A stretch of 64,000 bases of DNA from Prochloron sp. (GTDB lineage: Bacteria > Cyanobacteriota > Cyanobacteriia > Cyanobacteriales > Prochloraceae): NCBI GenBank assembly GCA_965198675.1, contig OZ240666.1, forward strand, positions 4,644,776 to 4,708,775. Direction: 5' to 3'. The translations under genes were made by a program, and so were the position numbers. The notes beneath the pieces are model-generated. The model made no database searches. It saw only the letters and a list, made by a program, of their open reading frames with translations, and had not been told where the DNA came from. Shown here piece by piece: positions 38,349 through 46,834 of the stretch. Each line of letters starts with the position of its first letter. Position 1 is the first letter of the stretch.

Positions 38349-41300
38349 TTAGGCGTTGTTGGGAGTTAGTAATAAGTATAAGCAGGGAATTACTAACAAA
38401 GCAATCAGAGTAGAAGCTACTAAGCCAAAACCGATTGCACTAGCTAAAGGAAACCAGATAGGATCGCTTAAGGCGAGGGGAATTACGCCAACAATGGTCG
38501 TTATACTGGTAGTGAGAATCGGACGCAATCTATCTGCTGCACCTCTGGCAGCAGCTTCCCTCACCACCACACCTTTTTCCCTGTGACTGTTCATGGTTTC
38601 AATCATCACGATGGCGTCATTAACCACAATTCCCGTCAGAGCGATAATACCAATAACAGCAGGGAAAGAAATGGGAATTTGTAAGATAAAGAAGCCGAGA
38701 AATGTACCAATTAAGGCAAAGGGAATTGCCAACATAATGATAAAAGGTTGAGTAAAGGAACTAAATTGAATTACTAATACGGCAAAAACGAGAAAGAGTG
38801 CAACTATTGCCATTTGTCCTGCGGAAGTAAAAGTTTCCCCTTGGGTTTCCAACTCTCCAGCAAATTTATACTTGTAACCCTCACCCCATTGACGCTTCAT
38901 TTCAGCTAATTTTGGTTCTAAGTCAGCGACAATTTCTCCTACGGTGCGACCATCTTCATTTTTGGCCAAGACAGTAACGGTGCGTTGGGCATCTTTATGA
39001 GTGATGGATAAAGGTGCATTCCCAAATTCTACTTCTAAAACCTGACCCCCAGCAATAGTTTCTCCACTGGACGTAAAAATCGGACTGGATAACAATTCAT
39101 CCCGACGTGTTGGTCCCCCAATGCCTCCATTACGAGATGCCCACATAGTACTCAGGCGAATTTCTAAATCTTCTTCTCCACCACCAATGGGGAAATTTCC
39201 AATATCGTTATCCGTCATCAGGTAACGTCCCTGCAAAGCTAGATCGTTAGAAGATAAGCCATAGAAATTCATGGCTTCCCGACGGGGACGGAGTTTAAGA
39301 TCGGGGCGTAATGCACCCAGGTCATCCCGTACATCTATTGCCCCAGAAATTTGTCGGAGGGCTAGTTGTACTTCCCCAGAGATACGGCGCAGTTCCCCCA
39401 TATCCCTACCCACCAACTCGATTTCAATGGGGTCACCTCCTTCTCCCGTAGATTCACCATTAACCACTAAAGAAGCTCCTGGATACTGGCGCAGGGCGGT
39501 ATTTAATTCTGACCGCAGTTCGTCCACATACTCAAAAGAAGGCTTTGCCCTATCTTCTTCGGGGGTAAAAATCGCCGAAAATCCCACCAGATAACTACCA
39601 TTAGTGGGTTTGATGCCGCTTTCTTGTACTAGATTACTCCGTTGGCCCACTAATTTAATCACACTTGCTAAATAGTTTTTACTCTGCAATAGTTTTCCCA
39701 CTTCATTGGCTACTGTTTGGGAAGTATTGAGGGTGGTTGTGGGGGGTAATTCGATATTAATGCTTAACTTGCGTCTGTCCCCATCGGGGAAAAGAGTACC
39801 AGGAACAGTTCCCACTAAGATGGTTGAACTGATAAATAAGGCGATCGCACCTAATGCCCAAATCTTAGCTGTCGTTTTATTGCGGATTGTAGCAGCCAAA
39901 CTCCAATTACGGAATTTGTTGGCTACTATCTCAGTTAAGCGATCGATTCTACTTTTCTGACCTTTAGTCTTAAGATTGCCCAGGAGTAAACGTGACAAAG
40001 GAATATCCACGAACAAGGCGATGATATAACTGAGTAGCAGACAAACTATGGCACTAATGGGAATCAGGCGCACAAATTTACCCATGGTACCGCTAATTGC
40101 CATGAGGGGGGCTAAGGCCAAAATAGTAGTTAGTTGACCGGAAAAAGCAGGAACAGCGTAAGTTCTAAGAGTTTTCAGAGCAGCCTGATTAAAACTCAAA
40201 CCCTCCACAAAGATACCATCATGCATGCCTTCCATCATGAGAATGAAAACATCTACTAACAAACCTAGTGCTAGGATCATGCCCACTTGCACCATTTTGT
40301 TAAGGGTGAAACCGAGCAAGAACAGCACCGCTAAAGTTCCCAAAAAAGTGAGGGGAATGGATAGCCCAGCAATAATTGCTTCCCGCCAAGTTAGGGCAAA
40401 GAGGAGAACGATAAAAACCCCTAAAACTCCTTGCCAAGCATTATTAAATACATTGAAGAGGTCTTTGTTAATCGCTTCAGCATCGGTATTGATGACTCCA
40501 TATTCCATACCGTGAGGCCAAAGAGTAGGATTTTGTTTCGCGGATTCTATCGCTGCTAAGGAATCATTAATAACTTGGATGGTATCGGAACCGGGAACTT
40601 TAACTAGATCCACAGTAATAACTGGTTGAAACTCCCCTTGTTGCGAACTCAAGAAAGCCCGATTCTTCTCCTTCTCTAAATCTCGCCTTACTTCTGCAAC
40701 CTCTTGAAGTCTGACTACTCGACCCCCCGCCTCTCCTTCCAAACGAGCTACGGGCAAGTTGCGTAAATCTTCTAAGCTGCGAAATCGTCCGTAATACCGT
40801 AACTGGGTGCCAATTTCGTCACTTTCGATCTGATCCCAAGGTAAATCTCGATTCCCTTGTTGAATTGCATCTGCTACCTGAATTGCTGACACTCCCATAG
40901 CAATCATGCGAGAAGGGATGAGCTGAACGTGAATAACCTCTTCCCGATTACCACTCAAATCTACCTTGCGGACATTGGGAACAGTTTCTAAGATTTCTTC
41001 TATATCCTCAGCTACTTTACTCAAAATTGCCAAGTCGATATTCCCATACAACCCTACCGTGAGAACTGGGGTATCCTGGCTAGATATTTGTTCTACCTTA
41101 GGTTCATCTGCATCATTGGCAATGTCTGGTTTCGCTTCATCTACTTCTGCCCTCACCAAAGAAATTGATTCCGCAATGGGTGCTTCAGCCACGAACTCTA
41201 CCTTGATTACGGAAGAGCCGTCAAAGGAAGCACTACTTAGGTCTTTTAATCCTTTCAGGGATTTTAATTCCTTCTCAATCTTATCTGTAATTTGATTTTC

Positions 41301-41648
41301 AATGGTTTCAGGATCTGCACCACCCCAGGTAGTCTCAATATTGGCGATGGCAACATTAATGTCAGGATCGCCTTCTTTCACCATGGTCGAGGCACCCATT
41401 AGCCCTCCTACAATCAGCAGTAGAGATAGGAGAATGGCAAATACTGTCTTGAGAAAGAAGAACTTGACAACGGGGGATGCTTTACTGGGATCGGGTACAT
41501 CGTGCCCCTCTGTTGGGTGGGATGTTTCTGGTGGAAGTAATCGCTGACTCATGGGTAAAGCAATGGGAGAATTAGGAAGATAGGTGAAAGTATTTGGATT
41601 GAGAAAAAAGCCTTGAAAGTTATTTTGGTTTCGATGAGACATAGCCAC
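38349..41648 (-). CDS. RND-family efflux transporter (AcrB-like)
   Basis: 1099 aa with 12-TM/large-periplasmic-loop architecture. The true start is probably an internal Met (MSQRLL...). Confidence 0.9.
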   Translation of the reverse strand: MAMSHRNQNNFQGFFLNPNTFTYLPNSPIALPMSQRLLPPETSHPTEGHDVPDPSKASPVVKFFFLKTVFAILLSLLLIVGGLMGASTMVKEGDPDINVAIANIETTWGGADPETIENQITDKIEKELKSLKGLKDLSSASFDGSSVIKVEFVAEAPIAESISLVRAEVDEAKPDIANDADEPKVEQISSQDTPVLTVGLYGNIDLAILSKVAEDIEEILETVPNVRKVDLSGNREEVIHVQLIPSRMIAMGVSAIQVADAIQQGNRDLPWDQIESDEIGTQLRYYGRFRSLEDLRNLPVARLEGEAGGRVVRLQEVAEVRRDLEKEKNRAFLSSQQGEFQPVITVDLVKVPGSDTIQVINDSLAAIESAKQNPTLWPHGMEYGVINTDAEAINKDLFNVFNNAWQGVLGVFIVLLFALTWREAIIAGLSIPLTFLGTLAVLFLLGFTLNKMVQVGMILALGLLVDVFILMMEGMHDGIFVEGLSFNQAALKTLRTYAVPAFSGQLTTILALAPLMAISGTMGKFVRLIPISAIVCLLLSYIIALFVDIPLSRLLLGNLKTKGQKSRIDRLTEIVANKFRNWSLAATIRNKTTAKIWALGAIALFISSTILVGTVPGTLFPDGDRRKLSINIELPPTTTLNTSQTVANEVGKLLQSKNYLASVIKLVGQRSNLVQESGIKPTNGSYLVGFSAIFTPEEDRAKPSFEYVDELRSELNTALRQYPGASLVVNGESTGEGGDPIEIELVGRDMGELRRISGEVQLALRQISGAIDVRDDLGALRPDLKLRPRREAMNFYGLSSNDLALQGRYLMTDNDIGNFPIGGGEEDLEIRLSTMWASRNGGIGGPTRRDELLSSPIFTSSGETIAGGQVLEVEFGNAPLSITHKDAQRTVTVLAKNEDGRTVGEIVADLEPKLAEMKRQWGEGYKYKFAGELETQGETFTSAGQMAIVALFLVFAVLVIQFSSFTQPFIIMLAIPFALIGTFLGFFILQIPISFPAVIGIIALTGIVVNDAIVMIETMNSHREKGVVVREAAARGAADRLRPILTTSITTIVGVIPLALSDPIWFPLASAIGFGLVASTLIALLVIPCLYLLLTPNNA

Positions 41649-42291
41649 CTACCAGTATAGCAATCAAGATCGCTGGATACATCTGTCCGACAACAGCCTC
41701 TAGGTTAGTTAGCATTTTGGCTAGAGGACTAACGGGGACGATATCGTCATAACCAAAAGTAGTTAACATAAGAAAACTCGAATAGACTACTTGTCCATAA
41801 TATTGTGTTTTGATAATTGGTTGTGAAAAAGCTTGATTGTCGAAACTATCAATAATACCGTAAAGCAAAGCCCAAACGAAACCAATTAGGAAATAAACAC
41901 AAATACCACCACGAATTGTATCTGCCGTTACTCGCTGACACAATAAAATATCTCGCAAAATCTAGAAGGCAGCCACACCTAAGTAAATGGCATATACGGC
42001 TTGAATTAAGAACAGAAACGATGTGGCTTCAGGACTGTACCAGCCAAACCTGGCGATAGTCTCTAGAGCAAATGCCAATCCTGCAACACCAAGATAGAGT
42101 CGGAAGAGCTTTTGGTGGAGGGAAAACGTTCTGACAATAATAATGATGGCGTATAGGGAAATTGCAGAAGATAATAAACCGCCGATCAGGCCATGGAGAA
42201 ATGGAGCAAGTACAAAATTAGTCACTAAGATAATTAACAGTTGAGTGTACTTGTTCGGGGATAGTGCCTTTGAGTTTAAAACAGGTTTCAT
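41620..42291 (-). pseudogene. potassium-channel-like protein with an in-frame TAG
   Basis: The two ORFs (41962..42291 and 41620..41958) share one frame, separated by a TAG at 41962..41964. The second ORF carries the pore signature TTFGYDD. Confidence 0.6.
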
Positions 42292-42342
42292 GACCTTCTG
42301 TATATTAGGGAATAATTTCTAGCAGTATCGCTCCTTCTTTGC

Positions 42343-42765
42343 TCACAACTCATCAGGTATAATCAAATTAATAATTTCCTGGCGATTCTTACGATAAATC
42401 AGAAAATCACTATCAAGAGTTAAGACTCGACTGCCCTTGATTAATTCACTCATTCTGACCAAACAAGCATCAGCAAAGGACATAGGGACAGATTGATAAC
42501 GCTTCATTAATTCCCTAACTATTACGGCTTCTTCATTGAAGCGAAAGGAAAATTGAAGATAACCTTTACTGACTAAGCCCATGACGGCATCTTCACCACC
42601 ATAGAGATTTTGCAGCAGAAAACATGCCTCAGTAATCACCGCTTCACAAGTACAAAAAGGATAAGCAAGATTAGCTATCTCTGTTCTCACCCAATTGTGA
42701 AAGCGATCCCGCTTATTAATAATTGCCACCAAGGGACCAGTATCCATAATGATTTTGTTGTTCAT
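42343..42765 (-). CDS. vapC: PIN-domain toxin VapC
   Basis: 140 aa; IIMDTGPLVAIINKRD...TCEAVITEACFLL...LTLDSDF. Confidence 0.8.
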   Translation of the reverse strand: MNNKIIMDTGPLVAIINKRDRFHNWVRTEIANLAYPFCTCEAVITEACFLLQNLYGGEDAVMGLVSKGYLQFSFRFNEEAVIVRELMKRYQSVPMSFADACLVRMSELIKGSRVLTLDSDFLIYRKNRQEIINLIIPDEL

Positions 42766-43034
42766 GTCAATGGATAGCCTCGTTTTAATTCCCTTTTCTT
42801 GAGAGACAAATCGCTATTTCCTTCAACACAACCAACAAACTCTCCCGCCGCTTCCAGAAAAGAAATGGAGTTTTGATTGTCCTCTTCAATCAGAGACTGT
42901 TGTTGAGTGCGACTGCAAAGAAATTCAATAAAATCTAGTACCTTCTGTTGTTGGTGGCTACTTAAAGTGTGAAGTTTATCCAAAATGATTTGTTCTTTGC
43001 TAATAGCTTGTGTCATGGTTTTTATTCCAATCAA
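42762..43034 (-). CDS. antitoxin partner of VapC
   Basis: A small ORF with a 4-bp overlap onto the PIN gene. It contains a ...QQKVLDFIEFL... helix typical of such antitoxins. Confidence 0.55.
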   Translation of the reverse strand: MIGIKTMTQAISKEQIILDKLHTLSSHQQQKVLDFIEFLCSRTQQQSLIEEDNQNSISFLEAAGEFVGCVEGNSDLSLKKRELKRGYPLT

Positions 43035-43105
43035 TAAGTGGATCTAGTAAACAAGTCTAGTTAGTTTGGTGGACAGTTGAGAAATGGTAATCTCCCCTCT
43101 CAATT

Positions 43106-43396
43106 TTAAAACAACTTCAACTGACCAATAGAAACATTGCCTCGCGAACCTGTATGTAAAGACAAATGGCAGCCACTACATAAACAAATTAAATTTTCCG
43201 GCCTATTATCTTCCGACTGATAATTAGCATGATGCACCGTTAGAGTTCTTCTCATTCTTTCCGACCTTGTTAAGCCTGAAACATCGCTTCCAGGTTGAAT
43301 GCACTGCATCCCACATTTGCTGCACTTCCATGAAGCTGCTTGCTTGACCCCAAAAGCTATTTTATTCCAGTCTTGAGGGTAACGAGCATTAGCCAT
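43106..43396 (-). CDS. stand-alone HNH endonuclease
   Basis: 96 aa; CSKCG...LTVHHANYQSEDNRPENLICLCSGCHLSLH. Confidence 0.8.
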   Translation of the reverse strand: MANARYPQDWNKIAFGVKQAASWKCSKCGMQCIQPGSDVSGLTRSERMRRTLTVHHANYQSEDNRPENLICLCSGCHLSLHTGSRGNVSIGQLKLF

Positions 43397-43513
43397 AACA
43401 ACTTACTCACCTTTCAGTTACCAGTGACCAGTAATCACGTACCATGGTAGCAGCTCAACCTTGGGTTTGAGGCCCCCACCACTTATTTGGTGGCAAGCCA
43501 CTTATTGGTGGAA

Positions 43514-43670
43514 GGTAACTGGTAACTGCCTGACTGCCCCGGTTGGCATGAGCAGGACTGGTAACTGGTAACTGGTAACTGCCTGACTGCCCCGGTTGGC
43601 ATGAGCAGGACTGGTAACTGGTAACTGGTAACTGGTAACTGGTAACTGGTAACTGGTAACTGGTAACTGT
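43514..43670. repeat. heptamer (GGTAACT/CAGTTAC) tandem arrays interleaved with a 33-bp module
   Basis: Runs of GGTAACT (up to about 8 units) alternate with two copies of GCCTGACTGCCCCGGTTGGCATGAGCAGGACTG. The same modules occur at 9480-9520, 18700-18800 and 22540-22640. Confidence 0.9.
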
Positions 43671-43778
43671 CATGGTACAAGGTCACTGTTTTACCATTTC
43701 GCCAAGCCTCCAAACCGGACTGGATGGTCAATTAACTCCATACATCATTGCACAATAAATAATAACCCTACTCCAACG

Positions 43779-45254
43779 TTAGGGGATGATTTCTACAGGT
43801 GCGCCATTCACCAGACGATTTTTGCCCTCTGTCACTAATTTTTCTCCTGGTTGAACTCCTTCAAGAATTTCTCGTTTAGCCAATCCTTCGATTCCTTGTT
43901 TAATTGCTCTTTGTTCGACAATTCCCTTTTCTTCATTCACCACAAAGACATAGGGCTGGCGATCGCGGAAGACAAAAGCATTAAAAGGCGCAACAATAGC
44001 TCTCCTCTTCTCTTGGGTAGCTATCCAAGCGGAAACTTGCTCTCCATCCTGAAGATTGGCGGCTCCTTCATAAAGGCGAATAGTGACCCGAACCGATCGC
44101 CCACCAGGAGAAACTGAGGGACTGACGGAAAAAACCGTTCCCCTGGCACTGGCTAATTTGATTAAATCTTCCCCCGTAAAGCGCTCTGAATTTGCTGATA
44201 AGCGATTGCCATCTAAAATAACAAAAGCTCTTTGCCCTGGTTTGACTTGGGCTCCCTGAAAAGCTGGCAACTCAACATTCACTTCAAATCGATTGGGATC
44301 GATGACAATAATGGGTAGTCTTTCGATAATACGTTGGTAGTCTCCTCCTACACTGACAATTTGTGGTGTCCAATATTCTCCCTGGCGGATATTCATACGG
44401 GCAACGATCCCATCAAAAGGGGCGGTAAGGTCTGTATCTTCACTGTCTACATAGCTTTGAGTCAGTCTGGCATTGGCAGAATCAACCCCAGCTTCAGCAA
44501 TTTCTACCTGGGTTTGGGCGGCAGCCACCTCAGCTTGAGCGGAACGTACTCTTGCCTCTGCTGCGATGGTTGCTGCCTGGGCATTCTTATAATTTGTCTC
44601 TCTCACATCTACTTCTCGCCGTGCTATTGCCCCTTCTGCTGCCAGTTCTTGATATCTTTTTAAGTCCGCTCGGGAAAATGCTTCATCTGCCTTAGCCTTC
44701 TGTAAATCTGCATTAGCCTGTGCTAAAGATTCTTCTGCCTGCCTGAAACTAGCAACTGCACTGATAACTTGATTTTTGGCTTCGATTTTTTCTGCTGTTA
44801 CCACTGTAATGTCTGCGTCGTACTTGCGGCGGTCTAATCTCGCCAATAACTCCCCCTGACGTACCCAATCTCCTTCCCGTAAATCTCGCCCATCAACTTT
44901 TTTTAGGTAGTTAATTGTTCCTTCAGCCTGAAACGTTAGATGTTTTTTGATTATCGCGCTAACATTGCCATCACCATAAGTCCAAGCCTGAATTGGCTCT
45001 ACATTCGCAGGAACAGTTCTTACTGCTAATCTTGCTTGCTCAATATTATTTCTTGGTTCTTCTGAAGACGATTCAGAAATAGAAGCATAACGCCAGAGGA
45101 TTGCTCCCCCAACCAAGAGAGCGATCGTACCTATAAGCAATAGCCACTTGGATTTCTTGGTGATAGTTCTCGTAGACCTTGAAATATCGGTGGTGTCTGC
45201 CAATTCAGATGCCTGTTCGATATCGTTTTGTTGCTCAGTAGTCATAGCAATCAA
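43779..45254 (-). CDS. RND efflux periplasmic adaptor (membrane fusion protein)
   Basis: 491 aa with an N-terminal TM helix, a coiled-coil hairpin and beta-barrel regions typical of the HlyD/AcrA family. Confidence 0.85.
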   Translation of the reverse strand: MIAMTTEQQNDIEQASELADTTDISRSTRTITKKSKWLLLIGTIALLVGGAILWRYASISESSSEEPRNNIEQARLAVRTVPANVEPIQAWTYGDGNVSAIIKKHLTFQAEGTINYLKKVDGRDLREGDWVRQGELLARLDRRKYDADITVVTAEKIEAKNQVISAVASFRQAEESLAQANADLQKAKADEAFSRADLKRYQELAAEGAIARREVDVRETNYKNAQAATIAAEARVRSAQAEVAAAQTQVEIAEAGVDSANARLTQSYVDSEDTDLTAPFDGIVARMNIRQGEYWTPQIVSVGGDYQRIIERLPIIVIDPNRFEVNVELPAFQGAQVKPGQRAFVILDGNRLSANSERFTGEDLIKLASARGTVFSVSPSVSPGGRSVRVTIRLYEGAANLQDGEQVSAWIATQEKRRAIVAPFNAFVFRDRQPYVFVVNEEKGIVEQRAIKQGIEGLAKREILEGVQPGEKLVTEGKNRLVNGAPVEIIP

Positions 45255-45452
45255 ATTTTACTCAGTAGGGATATTGTGACACTCCCCCCATGGGCGTTGA
45301 TCCCTAGCTCTCATTAGTTTGGGCTGCTAAACTTAAGCAAGACGGAACTTGCCATTGTGCAACTTGACCCCCGCCATTAATCAATGCCGGGGGGCTGTCA
45401 CGACCCCTCCCTTAATTATAACTAATTATCCGAACCTAATATTACCCCTTCT

Positions 45453-46568
45453 TTAGAAATAGGTGCGATCTCGCTTCTTTAAATACATCTTGCCAAGTTC
45501 TGCTAAAGGCTTTAATCTATCAATATATGCTACCAAAGTAGCAACTCGTTCTCTTTGACTTAGTTCCTCTTGCAGCTCTACAATTAGCTCTGCTTGTTTT
45601 TGGATTTGACATTGCAACAACTGGCAATTTTGAGTCTTTTCCTCCAGGAGAGATTGCTGTGCGGTGAGTTGCTTTTGTAAATTATCTACCAGCTCTGCTT
45701 GTTCTTGAATTTGACGTTGCAACGATTCGCAATTTTGAGTCTTTTCCTCCAGGAGAGATTGCTGTGCGGTGAGCTGCTTTTGTAAGTTATCTATCAGCTC
45801 TGCTTGCTCTTGAGTTTGACGTTGCAACGATTCGCAATTTTGAGTCCTTTCCTCCAGGAGAGATTGCTGTGCGGTGAGTTGCTTTTGTAAATTATCTACC
45901 AGCTCTGCTTGTTCTTGAGTTTGACGTTGCAACGATTCGCAATTTTGAGTCCTTTCCCCCAGGAGAGATTGCTGTGCGGTGAGTTGCTTTTGTAAATTAT
46001 CTACCAGCTCTGCTTGTTCTTGAGTTTGACGTTGCAACGATTCGCAATTTTGAGTCCTTTCCTCCAGGAGAGATTTCTGTGCGATAAGCTGCTTTTGTAA
46101 GTTATCTAAGAGCTGGGTTTGCTCTTCAGCTTGCTGTTGCAGAGACTGAGAACTTTCTGCTTGAAGACTTGCAAGAGATGTTTGTTCGGCGAGGTGCTTT
46201 TCTAACTCAGTAATGCGTTTTCTCTGTGTTTCAATTTGCTCTATTGTAGAATCATTCTTTTCCTTGATTTCTTTATCCTCAGCTTCTGGTGTACCAGTTA
46301 CAATAGCAATCTTAACTTGTGTTGGGGATTCGTTGGTACCTTCTGTATCAGTTTCAATAGCAACAGTTTTCTCGGCTTCATTGCTGGCGATCGCCATTGA
46401 ACCCAAAACGAAGCGCTCGATTAATTCAGATTTAGATAATTGAGCTTTCTCAGCGATTCGATTGAGCAAATCAAATGCCTTCGACGTTAGGGAAATGCCT
46501 ACCTTTGATTTACTTTCCCCAGAATCTGAGGGTCTACGCCTTTTTCTTGCCATGGCATCTTTCTCCAA
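45453..46568 (-). CDS. ribbon-helix-helix plus long repetitive coiled-coil protein
   Basis: N-terminal CopG-like SKVGISLTSKAFDLLNRIAEKAQLSKSELIERFV, followed by about five 35-aa (105-bp) tandem repeats LQKQLTAQQSLLEERTQNCESLQRQTQEQAELVDN. Confidence 0.6.
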   Translation of the reverse strand: MEKDAMARKRRRPSDSGESKSKVGISLTSKAFDLLNRIAEKAQLSKSELIERFVLGSMAIASNEAEKTVAIETDTEGTNESPTQVKIAIVTGTPEAEDKEIKEKNDSTIEQIETQRKRITELEKHLAEQTSLASLQAESSQSLQQQAEEQTQLLDNLQKQLIAQKSLLEERTQNCESLQRQTQEQAELVDNLQKQLTAQQSLLGERTQNCESLQRQTQEQAELVDNLQKQLTAQQSLLEERTQNCESLQRQTQEQAELIDNLQKQLTAQQSLLEEKTQNCESLQRQIQEQAELVDNLQKQLTAQQSLLEEKTQNCQLLQCQIQKQAELIVELQEELSQRERVATLVAYIDRLKPLAELGKMYLKKRDRTYF

Positions 46569-46618
46569 ATAGTCTATAAATTAATAATAGTAGCGTATCA
46601 AGCAGAGGATCCCCCCCT

Positions 46619-46763
46619 CAGGGTAAGCGCAAGAATCAATAAGGGGGCTAATTCTCAATAATAATGATAATCTTCCCGACATTATTGATAATAGAGTGAG
46701 ACTATTGAGAATTAATGTGGCCATATACCACATTTTGGCACAATTTTTCTTGCGCTTGCCCTG
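46619..46763. mobile_element. MITE with CAGGG(T/C)AAGCGCAAGAA terminal inverted repeats, copy 1
   Basis: 145 bp; CAGGGTAAGCGCAAGAA...TTCTTGCGCTTGCCCTG, flanked by GATCCCCCC-like sequence on both sides. A second copy lies at 57643..57797. Confidence 0.7.
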
Positions 46764-46834
46764 GATCCCCCCTTGATCCCCCCTTAGATCGGAGGGTGCC
46801 CGATAGGACGGGGGGATCGGGGGGATCAGAGTAA

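Noticed and set aside
38356-41547. Several 76-109-aa plus-strand ORFs inside the RND transporter gene; similar antisense ORFs lie inside cpeA, the SNF2 gene and the linker genes
   Set aside because: They are antisense to long, clearly homologous coding sequences and have biased, low-complexity composition. They are typical shadow ORFs.
43455-43731. ORFs encoding VTSYQLPVTSYQL... peptides; also 7443..7631 and 7743..7925
   Set aside because: These are direct translations of CAGTTAC heptamer arrays, with no start context and no non-repeat coding content.
45575-46135. Regularly spaced 105-bp repeats, and the heptamer arrays elsewhere, considered as a CRISPR array
   Set aside because: The repeats are contiguous with no unique spacers and lie in frame inside a coiled-coil ORF. 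The heptamer arrays are simple tandem repeats. No cas genes are present in the window.
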